Under the pieces are notes generated by a model. That model did no database searches. It had not been told where the DNA came from and worked only from the letters and a program-made list of their open reading frames with translations. Source: Lama guanicoe (taxonomy: Eukaryota). Taken from it: a stretch of 64,000 bases of DNA. The stretch covers positions 7,354,134 through 7,418,133 of the forward strand of contig MU056262.1 in the NCBI GenBank assembly GCA_013239625.1, read 5' to 3'. A program made the position numbers and the translations under genes. Positions 49,890 to 63,179 of this stretch are shown here, piece by piece (the first letter of the stretch is position 1; each line of letters starts with the position of its first letter).

Positions 49890-50040
49890 AACTGGTGGGG
49901 TGAGCTTGTGTGGTCCACAGACCAGCTGCATCATTAGCATCACTGGGGAGCCGGTTAGAACTGCAGCATCTCAGGTGTCTCCACAGACAACGCATTTCAG
50001 AAAGATCTCCCAGATTCATATTAAAGTCTGAGAAGCCCTA
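49890..50040. mobile_element. MER5-type MITE
   Basis: gtgtggtccacagaccagctgcatc…gttagaactgcagcatctcagg…catattaaagtctgagaagc. Confidence 0.75.
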
Positions 50041-51197
50041 GAATAACCTACACTTCTGACATACTTCCTTTGACCTTGTCTCAAAAGACAATCTCAATTA
50101 ACACATTCCCTGAGGCCCTTGCTTTCATACATCTCTAGAACAACTCTGCCGGACCAAGTCCCTGGCAGACTTGAATGGAAAACATGTGTCTTGTCAGATT
50201 GATTGGTACTACCTACCTGGAGTGCTATTTGGATAAAGGATAATTAGGAAGCAGTTAAGTCCAGCAGGAAAGAACTCTGTGATCAATTAGTGATGTCTGC
50301 CACAGGCGGAGGCGGAGAATGACAGCTGTGTTCAATTAGATTTTAATGCATTTACTTCTCAAAAGAGGACTTGGAGGTGGGAGTGGGTTATGAGCCAAGG
50401 CACTGGGAATTAACCAACCTGGATTCCTGGACCCTATTCTTGGTTTCAGACCTCAGATGTATGTTGAACCCAGATCACAAAAGGACCTTCCTACCCAGAT
50501 GTTCTTTAATTCCACTGAACTTCGATCACATGCACATACACAGTCATCACGCATGCTCACATTCTCAGGAAAGCAGATTTTGTTCCTATGTCACGACAAC
50601 CCTAGCTTCCCTTAAACAGAGCCCTTGTCTTAAATAATAGTCTGATCGTGCTTGCGCGGGCAGGGAGCAGAGAGGGGAGGCTGAGGGATGGGGAGAGGAG
50701 AAGCTGCCAAGCACAGGGGCCTGAAGCAGAGCCCAGTCCACTGCCTCTGTGAGGCATCTGTTTCCAATGAAGCTCAGGAAATTCCTGACCCCACTCCTGC
50801 ATTCTCTCCTTGCTGCCCTGCTCTCGCCTCCACACGGGCCTCTCCCCTCTGCAGGCTCTGAGCCAAGCCAAAAATCCCCACAGGCTCTCAGGGGCCAGGA
50901 AGCAGAACAAGGCCTGGCGCCCTGATGCCCCTGGCAATGGCGAGCTGCCAGCTTTGATTCCCAGAGGCCGCCTAAAGGTGCCTACGAGGAAAATCCACCT
51001 TCGTAAGGTATGTGCAGTCTGCTGGAGGAGAGCCAGGCCTCTCGGCATGGCTGTGCCCTCAGAGAGTTCTCAGCTGAACCCTAGGGGAGGTGGCTTCTCT
51101 AGAGATGCTTGCCCACGGGTATCCAGGAATTACCCGCCACCACCCAGTGCTGCAAAACAGGCAGTGAAAGCGCACCTCGCAAGTCACAAGTGAAAGG

Positions 51198-51399
51198 CAG
51201 TGGTTCTGAACTGGGGCATCTGTTTCCAATTTTGCCCCACTGGGGGCATTTGGCAAAGACTGGAGACATTTGGGGTTGTCACAAATGGAGCAGGAGGTGT
51301 TACTGGCCAGAGAGGCTGCTAAACATCCCACCATGCACAGGAGGCCTCTCACAACAAAGAATTATCCAGACCAAGATGTCAACAGGTTGAGAAATCTCG
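51198..51399 (+). mobile_element. MER20 hAT-Charlie MITE
   Basis: cagtggttctgaactgggg…ttttgcccc…catttggcaaagactggagacatt…gctgctaaacatcc…acaacaaagaattatcc…ggttgagaaa. Confidence 0.9.
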
Positions 51400-52519
51400 G
51401 TGTAGGAAAAATTGGGGGTTACCAAGCCCATCCCCCTGCTTGGTGGATTAGAAAACCACAGTCCACAGAGGAATACAGACTTGCACCGTGAGCTGGGAGT
51501 AAGGCTATACCAGGCGCTCCAGCCCCATTGGCTACCCAGCTGCAGAATCAGGGAAGGTGGGAAGAGAAGAAGAAACTGAGGAGAGGCCCTTCCCAGGCCT
51601 GTAGCAAGAAGCTGAGGAGAGAGAACAGAACGTGCGAACGATGAGCTTTAAGAAACAGTACCCCCCCCCCAAGCAAAACACGTCTCGGTGGCTCTCCTGG
51701 ATCACTCAGGGTAACAACTCCTTCCTCCTTCTGGTGATTAAAAAGGGAAGTGGAAAGAGGAAACCAATGGAGGGAGGGAGCTGAGGAGACGACATCCCAT
51801 CTATGAGCACATGGTATGAGCCACAAAGAAACCCAAACAACAGGTAATTTGTTATTTTAGTTATTTGCTGAGGAAATATGCATTTTTGCCTCTAGAAAGT
51901 GGTTCCTAGGATATGGTTTTGAGATGCATCCAAGTGCATCACTGGCTAGTTCCAGGGAGTAAGGACCACCATCATTCTGTGCCTCTGATTTACAGATCCC
52001 ATCATAAATCAGACAAGTGGAGAGCTGGCCACACCCACAATCCTGACTCAGGTTCAGGTGTGAAGTTCTCAGTTAGAGCAACTGCTTTGCCGTCGTGTTT
52101 CCAAGTTATTCTAATTATCCATCTGTTGTGACATCAGTGCCTTCAGAAGCAGATGAAGCAGATGGAAGGGCTGATGTGAGCTTCTGTGCCCTGATCGTCA
52201 TTTGGTTAAGACTGTCCATAGTCAGCATGTCCAACTCAAGCAACTACCCCGTGTCATCCAAGGAGATCCTTTTATTACAACTACCCTTGGTCTTCCCTAC
52301 ACAGACGCATTCGAAATGTCCATTTCCAAATGGCCCAAAGTGATGTTAAAGGTGGAGCTTATTCTGGAAGGACTTTATAAACCCTGTAGCCTCAAAATCT
52401 CTCTGATGGCTCTGCCAACTGGCCCTCACCATTGTCGATCCTGCAGCATATCCAGAAGCTGGATCAACATACCTTCCCTTCTGACTTTAAGAGCCATCTA
52501 TATACCTTACAGGATCCAC

Positions 52520-52990
52520 ACACAAAAGAAAATAAATGGCACCTGAAATAAGCCCAGCAAGAAGTGGCCACTGCTACGTAGCAGCACATATCCTGCTACA
52601 TTTTCTCAGTGTGTCTGTGTACCTGTATCTACACCCACCACTACAGAACATCACAAACACACATACCCCTTTGAATTCAGTCGCACTGCCTACAGAATTT
52701 TGTCACCTGCTTTGTCATCAACCTATACGTTATGTTTCTTCCTCTGCCATTAAGTCTTTTTCTATATCATCACTGCATGGCATTCCATTATTTCAATCTT
52801 CCCCAAATCACTGAGTTCATACCTCACAATTAGATGATCTATTTTCTTTTACTACTGTAAATAACAGTGTAATGAACATACTTGGAGTGCACCTCTAGCT
52901 TCCTAGGGTGAATTCCCTAAAGAGAAACTGCTGGGATCAAGTCCATGTACCGTTTTTTATGACTTTTGAGGCATATCTTCAAATTGACAG
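52520..52990 (-). mobile_element. Ancient L1 (L1ME-type) fragment
   Basis: tgtaaataacagtgtaatgaacatac…ttcctagggtgaattccc…gctgggatcaag…caaattg. Confidence 0.7.
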
Positions 52991-54629
52991 GTCAAACTTT
53001 GAAAATATTAGGAACCTCTATTTCAAACATGCAGGTGTATAAATCTCCACATTGGAAAAATTCACAGAATGACTCTTTTGGCCAATATTTGGACAGTTAA
53101 GATCTGATTCTAGTCCTAAAAGCCTTACAGCTCACTCCTCAATTAGTTCTATACCTGCAATTCAGTAACTGACCACGAGTAGCGACTCTTTGGCTTTGAA
53201 GGATGAGGGCAAGACTCACAGGGGTCCCAGAGGTATCCAATACTGTAAATCCACCAATATGATAGCATACACTATTCACAACTCTTGTTTCTCCCATCAG
53301 ATTGGAGAGTCTCAAGGGAAGGGGACACATATCTTTAATCTCAGGAAACCTAAAGATAAGCAAAGGATCTGCCACAGAGTACACATTTGTTTTATGAGTT
53401 GTAAGTTGTCTTCAACATCTAAACAGAAGCCTCAATAAAATTTACATAGTAAGGGGGCCACTAAGGCCCCAGGGAGATTTTGGGTAATCAGAAAGGTGAC
53501 ACCATCTCTAGTGTGAACCTCAGGGTTAGTCCAGGAATAAGTGCATTTTTCCTTTCTCCCAGAGAGACGAATATGTTTAACTGAAGATCTTTCTTAGAAG
53601 AGGATGATAATTTAAAATATGGAAAAAATAAGAAAATAAAAAGAAGGTGGTTTGTGGTATCTTAGGGTAACCAGCCAAAGGATGACATTTCTTTCCTGGT
53701 TTTCAGTGGATATTTCTGGGAACAGATTAGGCTGCAAATGGAAATAAAAGTGTGTATCATTCCAGGTCCTAGAAAACAGACGGTGAGAGGCAAGTTGGTT
53801 CATTTCAAAAACAGAGGGCCTGACTTTGAACTGCTCGGCGGTGAACGAACCAACCTTCCCTACGATATCTGGCCAAGGCTTCTGTCTACACTGAGTGCCA
53901 AGGACATTTAAATGTGTGATATTTGATTTCCTGGGAGCAGAGCTCAGATGGGGCTTGGAAAATCCATCTGTACTCTCACAGCTTCTCAGACAGAATCAAG
54001 GTTGTTAACATGCATGCAGGCTTTAGTGTCATGGACCAGGCACCGGGAGGGGAAGACCTCACCCAGTCAATGGGACGGACCCCACGGTAAGCTCTCAGAG
54101 AGGCGGAGAGGCTGGTGAATTCTGGCCAGGCCTGGAAGGCACATTAGGGTCATACTCTTTAAGTTGGAGAGCTTAAGCCCCACAGAAGGAAAGGGCCTCA
54201 CCCAAGATCCCACACCTCATCAGAAACCCAGCTAAAGCAAACAGATAAACAAGAATTCCTGGTCTGTTATCTTGCAGGTTAACACCCTGTCTCTCTTCTC
54301 AGTGCTGCTCTGGTCTTTTGTCTCCTTGTGTGTTTAATTTCCTGAAAACAGAAAAACTGGTGACAAACGAAAGCACCCATGCCTGGCTAAGTATTATTCT
54401 TTACAGGGTGAGCGACACGATGAGGGGCCTGAAAGCTGGTGGACAGGACTCCAAAGGGTGGAATGTGACAGCAGCAAGGGACACCTTTTGGGTCAAGGAT
54501 ATAAGGAATTACAGCTCTAGGCAGGAATTTGAGTAAGGATATCTCCAAACCTCCCCCTCTCCTCCAGCCCTGGAGCAACACCTTTATTTAGACCTTCATA
54601 TATTCTACATGTACAACTCCAGTGGACAG

Positions 54630-54900
54630 CTGACTCAGTCAAGGTTCAAACAGGAAAACAGATACCACCCCAAGTATTTAAACAGGAGGAACCGGATCCA
54701 GGAGCTTGGCCACCCCAGGGTCGGAAGAGCTGAGAATGCAGATAGAAGAGGTAGAGCAGAGGCTCAGAGCACCAGGAGGCTGCTGGCTTTGGAGGTTTCA
54801 GGGGCAGAGGGGTGAAGTGACATTGCTGGAGTCCAGGGTCTGGAATCATGTAGGGAAGCTGACACCATGGTAGTCTGTTCAGCAAAGAGATAAGGTGAGG
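54630..54900 (-). mobile_element. Ancient ERVL LTR fragment (LTR33-like)
   Basis: tcagtcaaggttcaaacaggaaaacagataccaccccaagtatttaaacagg…ggaagagctgagaa. Confidence 0.55.
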
Positions 54901-56339
54901 GAGGGAGGGCAAGGGAGATGGGGGAGAGAAAGAGAGAGAAAGGAAAGAGGAAAGAGCACCCTGGCTGCCCTCTGAAGCTAGAAAGCAGAGACAAGAAGAC
55001 AGGTAAGGGATGGTCTACGTGCCAACAGCTCCAAACCTAAATTCGGATTCAACTCCTACATTATTTCATTGCCTCTCCCCTCTCCCTTGCAGAATCTGTC
55101 CACCCAACACTGCAGAGTGGTCTAACCCACAAGTCTGCTAGGGTCATCCCCTGCTTTAAATTCTCCGTTGGCTTCTGTTGAATTTAGGGAAGTGACCCTT
55201 TCCTCCAGCGCAGGGTACCAGGTTCCTCTTCATCTGGATGAATGTAGGCAGACAAAAGCTACTAAAGGTTTTACCCTGCAAGGGCAAATCCACTGGGCTT
55301 GAGGAAGGAGGGGGCACGCTGAGAGCTGCATCAGGCTGGCAAGTGAGGATGAACGGTGCGAACCAGAGGCCACTTCAGCTGGAGGAAGTGACCCTGGGCC
55401 GAGAGCTCCCTCCCGCACACAGGCGGGGCTCTGGGAAGGCCAGCGCTGGGCTTCCAACCACAGGCCCCCTGGTTCCAAAGTGCATCAATGAGGAAAGGCA
55501 GGAGTTGGGTCTTTGTTAGAGCAAATCCTTTCTTCACCCCGTGTGACTCTCCCGTGCAAATGTGCTGAGAACCTCCTGCATTCCAGGCATGTAACAAATA
55601 GAGTTTGAGGATAAAAATGAAAGCACCACTTAGGCCAAAGAACTAGGTCCTTGAATGACACACCTAGAGCTGGACTTCATTCGAGGGGCAGGTGAGGCAG
55701 GCCCAGCTGTGGGATGGAAAGCCTGGGAGGAGAAGCCAACCTGGGGGGGCGCTGCGCAGCCCCACCCCTCACCCCACCCTGCCCACGGAGGAGGGTCTGC
55801 CACCTACTCAGGCCCTCACCCCCTGCCCACTGAGCTGTACTTCGTGCTTTTCCCGAGGCAGGGAAGTCAATAAACTCATTTTCTCACAGAAAGAGTATGT
55901 CTTCTGGGAGGCCCTGAGGAGTTTGTCTGTAAAATTTAATCTCTGTTGAAGGATCCCGAAAAGGGGAAAAATATGGAAGGAGAGGGAAACATGAGGAGGA
56001 ACTGAAGGGGCTGACATCTGATTGCTGAGAACTTACCCCGCACCAGGACTTTCAGGTGCCTGGTCTCAGCCTTCTGAGGTGGGGGATGGTGAGAGCAGGA
56101 GCAGACCTGGAAGGGAGCGGGGTCCTCTGGTCTCTAACACAACAAAGCATTATCAAGGGGACCCAGCAGTGGACATGACCTCATCCCTTTGCTCCAAGAC
56201 CTCTCAGTCTGACGTTGGAAAATGACGTGCTGATAGGCCTTAAGGGCTCTCTTCTGGTGCGTTAACCTCCATTCACGTTTCTGCTGGATCACCTCTGGGA
56301 ACCAAAACCACTCACCTCTCAAGAAACTGACCTAACATC

Positions 56340-56537
56340 CATAAGTGCGTGACAAATATTTCTCTGTCATTTGCATTAGGTTTTGAAAATCTGGATGCAT
56401 CTTACAACTGATACAGGAATTTAATGTAGTTGATTTTTTCCTAAAAAGTGTGTTTGTGTATATATATGTGTATGTATGTATATAACATTATTGAATCAAC
56501 GGTGTGGATCAATAATCTTAAATCTGAGTAAGCATGG
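56340..56537. mobile_element. MER104-like TcMar-Tc2 MITE with internal (TA/TG)n
   Basis: gaaaatctggatgcatcttacaactgat…atcttaaatctgagtaagcatgg. Confidence 0.55.
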
Positions 56538-57909
56538 AAAATGTTTATAATCGAGACATTATTGCCTCCCAGTTGAGAGGCACGATATAGTGTTGAGGGG
56601 GTGGGTAATGGGGGGTAAAATTTACATCCCCTCTCTCTGGTGATGCGCTGATGCATAACCATTGCATAAACATGATCTCAGCCATTGTCCCATGTGAATC
56701 AATTAACATCCTCAAGAAAAACAAGCAAAAAAGGAAATCTGCTCTTTAATGTTAATATAAAAGTACAGCTCTTGGAGGAGGAAGGGTGTGGATGAGTTGA
56801 GACTCAGGTCTCTGACCAAGGGCTCGGTCAAGATGGGGATTCAGACACATATGAGGAACTGTGTCCACGGCGCTCTTGACCAGGGGCCAACAAGGACTGT
56901 CACAGAATACCATTTTTCCCTGTGTTCAGCCACAGTCACACCTGAAAACATTTCAACTTCTTTGTTTGTTGAACCAAACCACAATTTCATGTAACTTACA
57001 AGTCCCCCAACCTTCCTACAGTCTTAAGATTGAGAACAATATATAGGTTTTAAGGACGCAGAATGCTTTCCAGTTCCCCTCTGGAGTGGTTCTAAATTCG
57101 GTGCAGTGGAAGGACACTTAGATGAGACACCTTGGGGTGCATTCGCAAAAGTTTACGCACAAGGCTGGACGTGTGTGTTTGGAACGCAGGTGGCTTTGGA
57201 AACACACTGGGTCCATCAGCACATGGGGTGACCCAGGCCAGGGGAGCAGGAGACACCTGAACTGAGCACTATCCTGATGGGCCTCCTTCTCTCCTCTTCT
57301 CAATGGGATAAGAGATAATGTGATTTAAAAAATAAATCTCCTCAGCTCTGGGGGTCTCGGGGGAACATTTGTTTTGATGAGATCTCAGGCCTGATTTTCA
57401 AGAATAAGGAGGTGCCGACTGTTTGTAAAAGCTCCTAAAACAGCATGATCTCTGGCCCTTAGGAGATGTATCTTTTATCTATACAGAGTATTTCTTAAAG
57501 CCCGTTACTATAACAAAGAAGTAGCTGAGAGGCTTCATGTAAAAGGCAACATGAATGTGCTTTTAGAGGCTGCATCAGAAGAAAATATGTGCATAATATT
57601 ATAAAACAACGAAGCTCATGGATAGGTAGCAGGTCTTGATCATTCACTTGAATACACACACGTTTAATCTGGCACCGTTAGGCACAGAGGACATGAGTCT
57701 GAACACAAGACATTGTCATCGAGGAATGAACGGTCTGGAGAAGGAAACTGATCTGTAAAAGTACAAATGTCAGCTTTGAGTGACACGAGATAGGATAAAG
57801 AAACCACAGCACAGAGAAAAGTACTTCCCTGATGGAAACAACCAAGGCATTCCTGAGGAGGTGGCTTGAGTTTGGTCTCGAAAAAGTACATCCTCTTAGC
57901 CTAGCATCT

Positions 57910-58456
57910 GTGCTAACGTACTGGTGATCTACAGCTGGCTACCTGACAAATGACTGTAAAGTCTAGTGGCTTAATACAAAAATCACATTTATTATCTCAC
58001 ATAGTTTCTGTGTGGCAGGGATACGGGTACTGCTTTGCAGATTAATTCTGTTTCAGGAACTCTGATGAACTTACACTCAAGATTGGGTCGGAGCTACAGT
58101 TTTTTGAAGGCTGACTGAGGCTGGAGGATTGGTTTCCAAGGCAGCTCACTCACAGGGCTGGCTAGTTGGTGCTGGGTGCTGAGGGCAGTCTCAGTTCCTT
58201 ACCAAGTGGGCCTCTCCACCAGGCTGCTTGAGTGTCCTCAACACATGGCGGCCGGCTTCCCCAAAGCTAGCGGTCCAAGGAAGAGCTAAGCAGAAACTTT
58301 TGGGACTTAGCCTCCTCAAAAGCCACTCTCTACCAAATCTATAACATCCTATTGACTACACAAGTCAGCCCTAGTCAGTGTAAGAGGGAACTATGGGAGG
58401 GCATGATGCCAAGAGGTAAGAAGCAGCAGGAGCCATCTTGAAGACTGGCTTCCACA
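57910..58456 (-). mobile_element. MLT1F-like MaLR LTR
   Basis: tagtggcttaa…catttattatctcaca…gaaggctgactgaggctggagg…gggcctctccaccaggctgcttgagtgtcctc…gccatcttgaagactggcttccaca. Confidence 0.85.
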
Positions 58457-58639
58457 AGTAATGATGGCGCCTGAGACAGTGGCAGTTTGTCATTATATTT
58501 AGTCTGTAGTGATTAGGGTGAGAGTAACAGGGGAAGTCTGTTCAGTGCTTAGCAACATCAAATTTGGTTCAAATCTGGGCCCCACTTACTGGCCATCTGG
58601 CTTCTCTGCCGGTGGGGAAATGATAAACTGGAAAAGCTA

Positions 58640-58802
58640 CATTAGATGAAAAGATGGAAGCTGTAGGTTGACAGCAGCCGGTGACGCCCGGCAGTCCTGA
58701 GTTACCTTCCTGTGGACGGGAGGAAGAAGTAAACTTCTACTGTACTTGAGATACTGTGTTTTAGGGTCTCTGTTATAAGTGCTTCGCCTGTACCCTAATA
58801 TA
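58640..58802 (+). mobile_element. MLT1 (J/K-like) LTR 3' fragment within a MIR
   Basis: gaagtaaacttctactgtacttgagatactgtgttttagggtctctgttataag…ccctaatata; MIR pieces at ~58540-58600 and ~58820-58920. Confidence 0.55.
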
Positions 58803-59880
58803 TTTAGTTAGTACAAAAAAGTGTAACCTCTGAATCCAATGTTCTTTATCAGTAAAGTAGGGATGGAAAAACAAACCTCCCATTTTTCTTGTGAAGAAAA
58901 ATGAAATAAGGGATGAAAGCACGTGTCCAGTGTCTGGCCCGGAATTCACACACTCGTCTCTGTCACTTTTATCCAGTCTGAACTTACGACCAGTGTCAAC
59001 ATACCGGATGAAACAGAAAGATTCGGTGAATTCAGCAAATGTATGTATCCATCCATCAACAGTGTCACTCCCAGGGAATTTAAAACAATTTGCTCTGGGA
59101 ACTTGTGGAATTTAAATAAACCAGGCAGTGGTTTCAGAGAAAGATCTTTCAGTGACTGGTTTGGGGCCAAGAGCTGCCATAAACATCTTGTCCTCTCGGG
59201 TCCTCAGTTTCCAACTCCGGAGAATGAAAGGGAGAAAATGAGAAAGAGGAGGAATGAAGGAGGGAGGGTAGGGGGAGGAAGCGAGGAAAGGAGGGAAGAG
59301 AGAAGGGGACAAGATCAACATTGCTCTAATCCCAAAGGTTCCAGAAAGCAACCACAGGACATACTTGTGCTGTTTTCTGTGTTACAGCCTCGGCTCTGAA
59401 TAGCATTTTGCTGAGGAAAGTGTTTTACTCTGTAAACAAGTTTGCAAACCGCAAGATGGACAAGATGATCTACAAGGCACTGTCTGGTTCTATGAATCTT
59501 TCCTATTACAGCTGCAGACTCCTCATCTCCAGTAATAACCCCTGCTCAAAATCAAAGAATCTCCCTACTTCTACTCTTAATCCCAAAGGAACTTGACAAA
59601 AGACAGCTGGTATTTGATACAAGTCCACAGAGAACTTTCTTAGCCAGGCTGAATCTCTGCAACACAGCCAGTCTGAGCCGTGCCATCTAGTGAGCAGACC
59701 GGCAGTGAGGCCTCCTCCTAAGATGGGCTGAGAATCCTCCTTCCAGACGCAATGGTAAACTTAAATAAAGAATTAAAATGAGCAAATGAATTATCATGCT
59801 GAAATGTCATCTTGAGCCAATGCCCTGGGCCTGAAATGATCAAAACTCCTTTTTTCTCCTCTCTTAAAATGACTATTTTT

Positions 59881-60137
59881 TCTAACATTTTTTATTGATT
59901 TGTAATCATTTTACAATGTTGTGTCAAATTCCAGTGTAGAGCACAATTTTTCAGTTATACATGAACATATATATATTCATTGTCACATTTTTTTTTCTCT
60001 GTGAGCTACCATAAGATCTTGTGTATATTTCCCTGTGCTATACAGTATAATCTTGTTTATCTATTCTACAATTTTGAAATCCCGTCTATCCCTTCCCACC
60101 CTCCACCCCCTTGGCAACCACAAATTTGTATTCTATG
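59881..60137 (-). mobile_element. Young 5'-truncated L1 3'UTR (camelid type)
   Basis: ttttacaatgttgtgtcaaattccagtgtagagcac…ccttggcaaccacaaatttgtattctatg; perfect 15-bp TSD AAAATGACTATTTTT at 59866-59880 and 60138-60152. Confidence 0.93.
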
Positions 60138-60829
60138 AAAATGACTATTTTTAGTTTAATTTCCCTACTAAAGTTTCTCTGGCCAACTCATCCAACGTTC
60201 TATCAAAATGACCCACAGAATTAATGTGTCTGCATTGGCACAAAAGAGTGGGCTGACAAGATGGGCCACATCCAAGTGAAAAGTAAAAACAAAAACAAAA
60301 ACAAAAAATCACTCCCCACCCACCACAGGAGTACAGTAGACGGAAGAGTGGGAGACAGGTGTGATGTCCAAAACTGCATGCGTGGGGGAGCCCATGCCTC
60401 CCCTGTCAGGGGTCAGTGTCTCACATCCACAGCCACCACAGACAACTTCCTGTTTTCCCTGCAGAAGCTTCTCCCCGGAGGACCAGAGTCTGGGGTCAAC
60501 ACTGCTGTGTCCCTTGGCCCCTCCTTTGCAGGCAGAATCTGGTTTACGAACACCTGGGGCAGCCTGGGATGGAGCGGGAGTCCCAGAGGGCATGAGGACA
60601 GAAAGGAAGAAGGCAGAAAAATGAAAGTTGAGCCTGACTGTGGCGTTTCAGTAATGACAATAAATGTATGGTCACACGTCTGTTTGGTGAATTAAATATA
60701 TTTATTATCAAGGACTCTGTTTAAGGCAGGGAGACAGGGAGGAAGACAAGATGGTCAGGGCCCAGTGGACTAAGGAGGGGCTTCAAGGCAGACTCCTGGG
60801 TTGGCTTCTAGTGATTTCTAGATATACAG

Positions 60830-60935
60830 TTAGTAGATGAATGACCTTGGGCCAATGACAGCTTGTTTAAGCCTCAATTTCTTCATCTGTGAGACAGAAC
60901 ATACAACACTCACCTCTAGGTGGTTGGGAGGATGC
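60830..60935 (+). mobile_element. MIR SINE
   Basis: atgaccttgggccaatg…aagcctcaatttcttcatctgtgag…ggttgggaggat. Confidence 0.75.
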
Positions 60936-63179
60936 ATGACCAGCAGCCCCTTTTGATCAGGAACAGGGTGAGGTATTAAAAAAACTAGATGACAGGAAGC
61001 CAGGGGCCTGGGTTGCATTCAGTGCGTAGTAAGTGCTGGTTTTCTTGCCCCTGGGGCTGAGCTACCCAACCCTGTGAAGTCTTTCCCTAACGTGGCTCCG
61101 TGGGCCTCAGGAAGCAGCTGAGAAAGTGTCCGGAGAAAGGAGGCGCTGGTGAGTCCCAGTTACAGCGGTGTCAGGTGTTACAGCGACAGAACACGTCCGC
61201 CCACTCTGTGCTCTGACATCCGAAGGGGTCCCACCCTTTCTGGACAGCCAGACCCTCAAGTGCTCGTAGCGTTCCTTGGAAATTACTGTCATCTGTAAAG
61301 TTGATCTCTTTTAGAGTTTTGTATTTATTTAGTAAACTCTCCCGTTCAGTCAGAAAGCAATTATTTTGCATTTACGCAATGCAGAGATCGGGTGTGGATT
61401 GTGAGAAAGAGAAGAACCAGTCCGGTTCATCATGCCCTCCAAAGGCTCACAGTCTGATGGAGAAGCCATGGCCAGAGAAATGAATTCCTCTTACAACGGC
61501 TTAGACTACAGTAGAAGTGAGAACCGAGCCGAGATGGGAGGACTTTTACCCGGACCAATAGAGAAGGCTTCCCAGGGGGCATACCCCCAGATGAACTGGC
61601 AGGGTGAGGGGCTGGAAGGCGGAGGGGGAACAGCTCCCAGCCAGGGGCACAGAGCCTGCACAGAGAGGGAGTGAGAACTTGCCCGGATCACTTGGGGAAG
61701 TGCCACCAAAAAATGAGTGGCAGACTGAACTTTGCAGGAAGCGGTTTGTGATGAAGAAGGTGGGTCAGGGAGTGAATGAAGGCCGTCAGGAGTCAGGCTT
61801 GGTAGGAGAATCCAGGTGAGCTGGTACCTTTCAAAGCTTCCAAAGCAGAGAAGGCGGTGTGTTCTGGTTGGAGGCTGGGTGTGAACGACACTCTGCACAC
61901 GCTTGTCTCCAAATGATTGTACGGCCAGGAGCACGGTGGAGACTTAGTACATGTCTGGGGTGGTCAGATGACGAGTCCATGGAACAACAGGAAATCTCTG
62001 TCAGCTAATTTGTGCAAACTTACATGAGTCTGTTTCTGCGCTTTAGTTGAGCAGATGCTAGGAGACACGCAAAACAAAAGTGCGAGTTCCTGGGACATTT
62101 TCTCATGATGTATAAGAAAATCGCCTGAAAACTTACTTCCAGAGGAGCCAAATGTGGGACCCAGGGGTCTAAATTTGTGGGTCTTAAGAGAATTGTGGAA
62201 ATTTGAGGATTTGTAGGTCTCTCCCCGACTCTTGGGAGCCACAGGCGCCTGGACCCAAGGCTGGGTGATGGATGGAGGGGTCACCCTTCATGGCCAGATG
62301 CAGACATCCATCTCCAGGCAACAGGCAGAGCTGCTTCCTGGATTCTGTCCTTTTTCTACCATGTTAGGAAATTCATCTTGAGAAAGCACATTCCTTCTGA
62401 GTTCACCCTATGATTAGCATTTTGAACCAAAAAAAAAAAAAAATCCAAAACCCTCAGAGCTGAAATTTCTTCCCCTGCCTCCGCCAAGCTCAAGTCCAGT
62501 TGGTTTTCATTTATTTCAATGTGTACTTTGGAATCGGAGTCCCGCGCGTTCCCACTTAACTCCCACCACCTGGGGGATGTTATTTTGTGGGGGGCAGGGA
62601 CTCTGGCTCGTCCCCCGCTCCCACCTCTTTCTCCACATTGTAAAAACAGACTTTGCAAGAGGCGGCCTCCCTCTGCGGAGGGGGAGAAGGAGGGGGCCTG
62701 AGCCCTGCCTGCCGGACCTTGTCAAGCCAGGGGCTGGAGTAGTGACTGCCTTCAGCTGGGAACTGCAAACCCAGAGCCTGGCAGAGGGGTGGTTCCCTGA
62801 AGCGACCCCTTCTCTTTGGATCACTTTTTGGGGTGAGGCTAATCAAAATGGGATTGTGACTTCAAAACAGCTGGGAAGCATTACAGGTCAAAAGTTGAAA
62901 TAAGTTAAGAACCGTCGAAATGCGCAAGTCCCATTGTTTCCAATCTCTGCCTCGTCCCTAATCTGCACAGTGCTCCTTGTAGACGGACAAAAGGTCTCGA
63001 TCAGGACCGGTGTTGATACATGGGCCCGGGAAGGTAGGTTTGTGAAGGCGGGACTGCAGAGGCTGCCTGAGGGGCAGCTTATTTCCTGGCAAAATAAAGA
63101 TGGGGCTAACCCCAGGGGAAAATATAAATGAGGGATGTGTAGCATCAGAATACGAAAGCTGAAAAGATCATGGCAAATG

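Noticed and set aside
51900-52520. Chain of overlapping ORFs with coding-like texture
   Set aside because: No long frame with a recognisable motif, stops in the alternative frames and no convincing splice pair; left unassigned.
6139-53722. Scattered STAT/BCL6-type sites (TTCCCGGAA 7108, TTCCCAGAA 9310 and 13648, TTCCTAGAA 20266, TTCTGGGAA 53714)
   Set aside because: About 16 TTCnnnGAA matches are expected by chance in 64 kb; no clustering.
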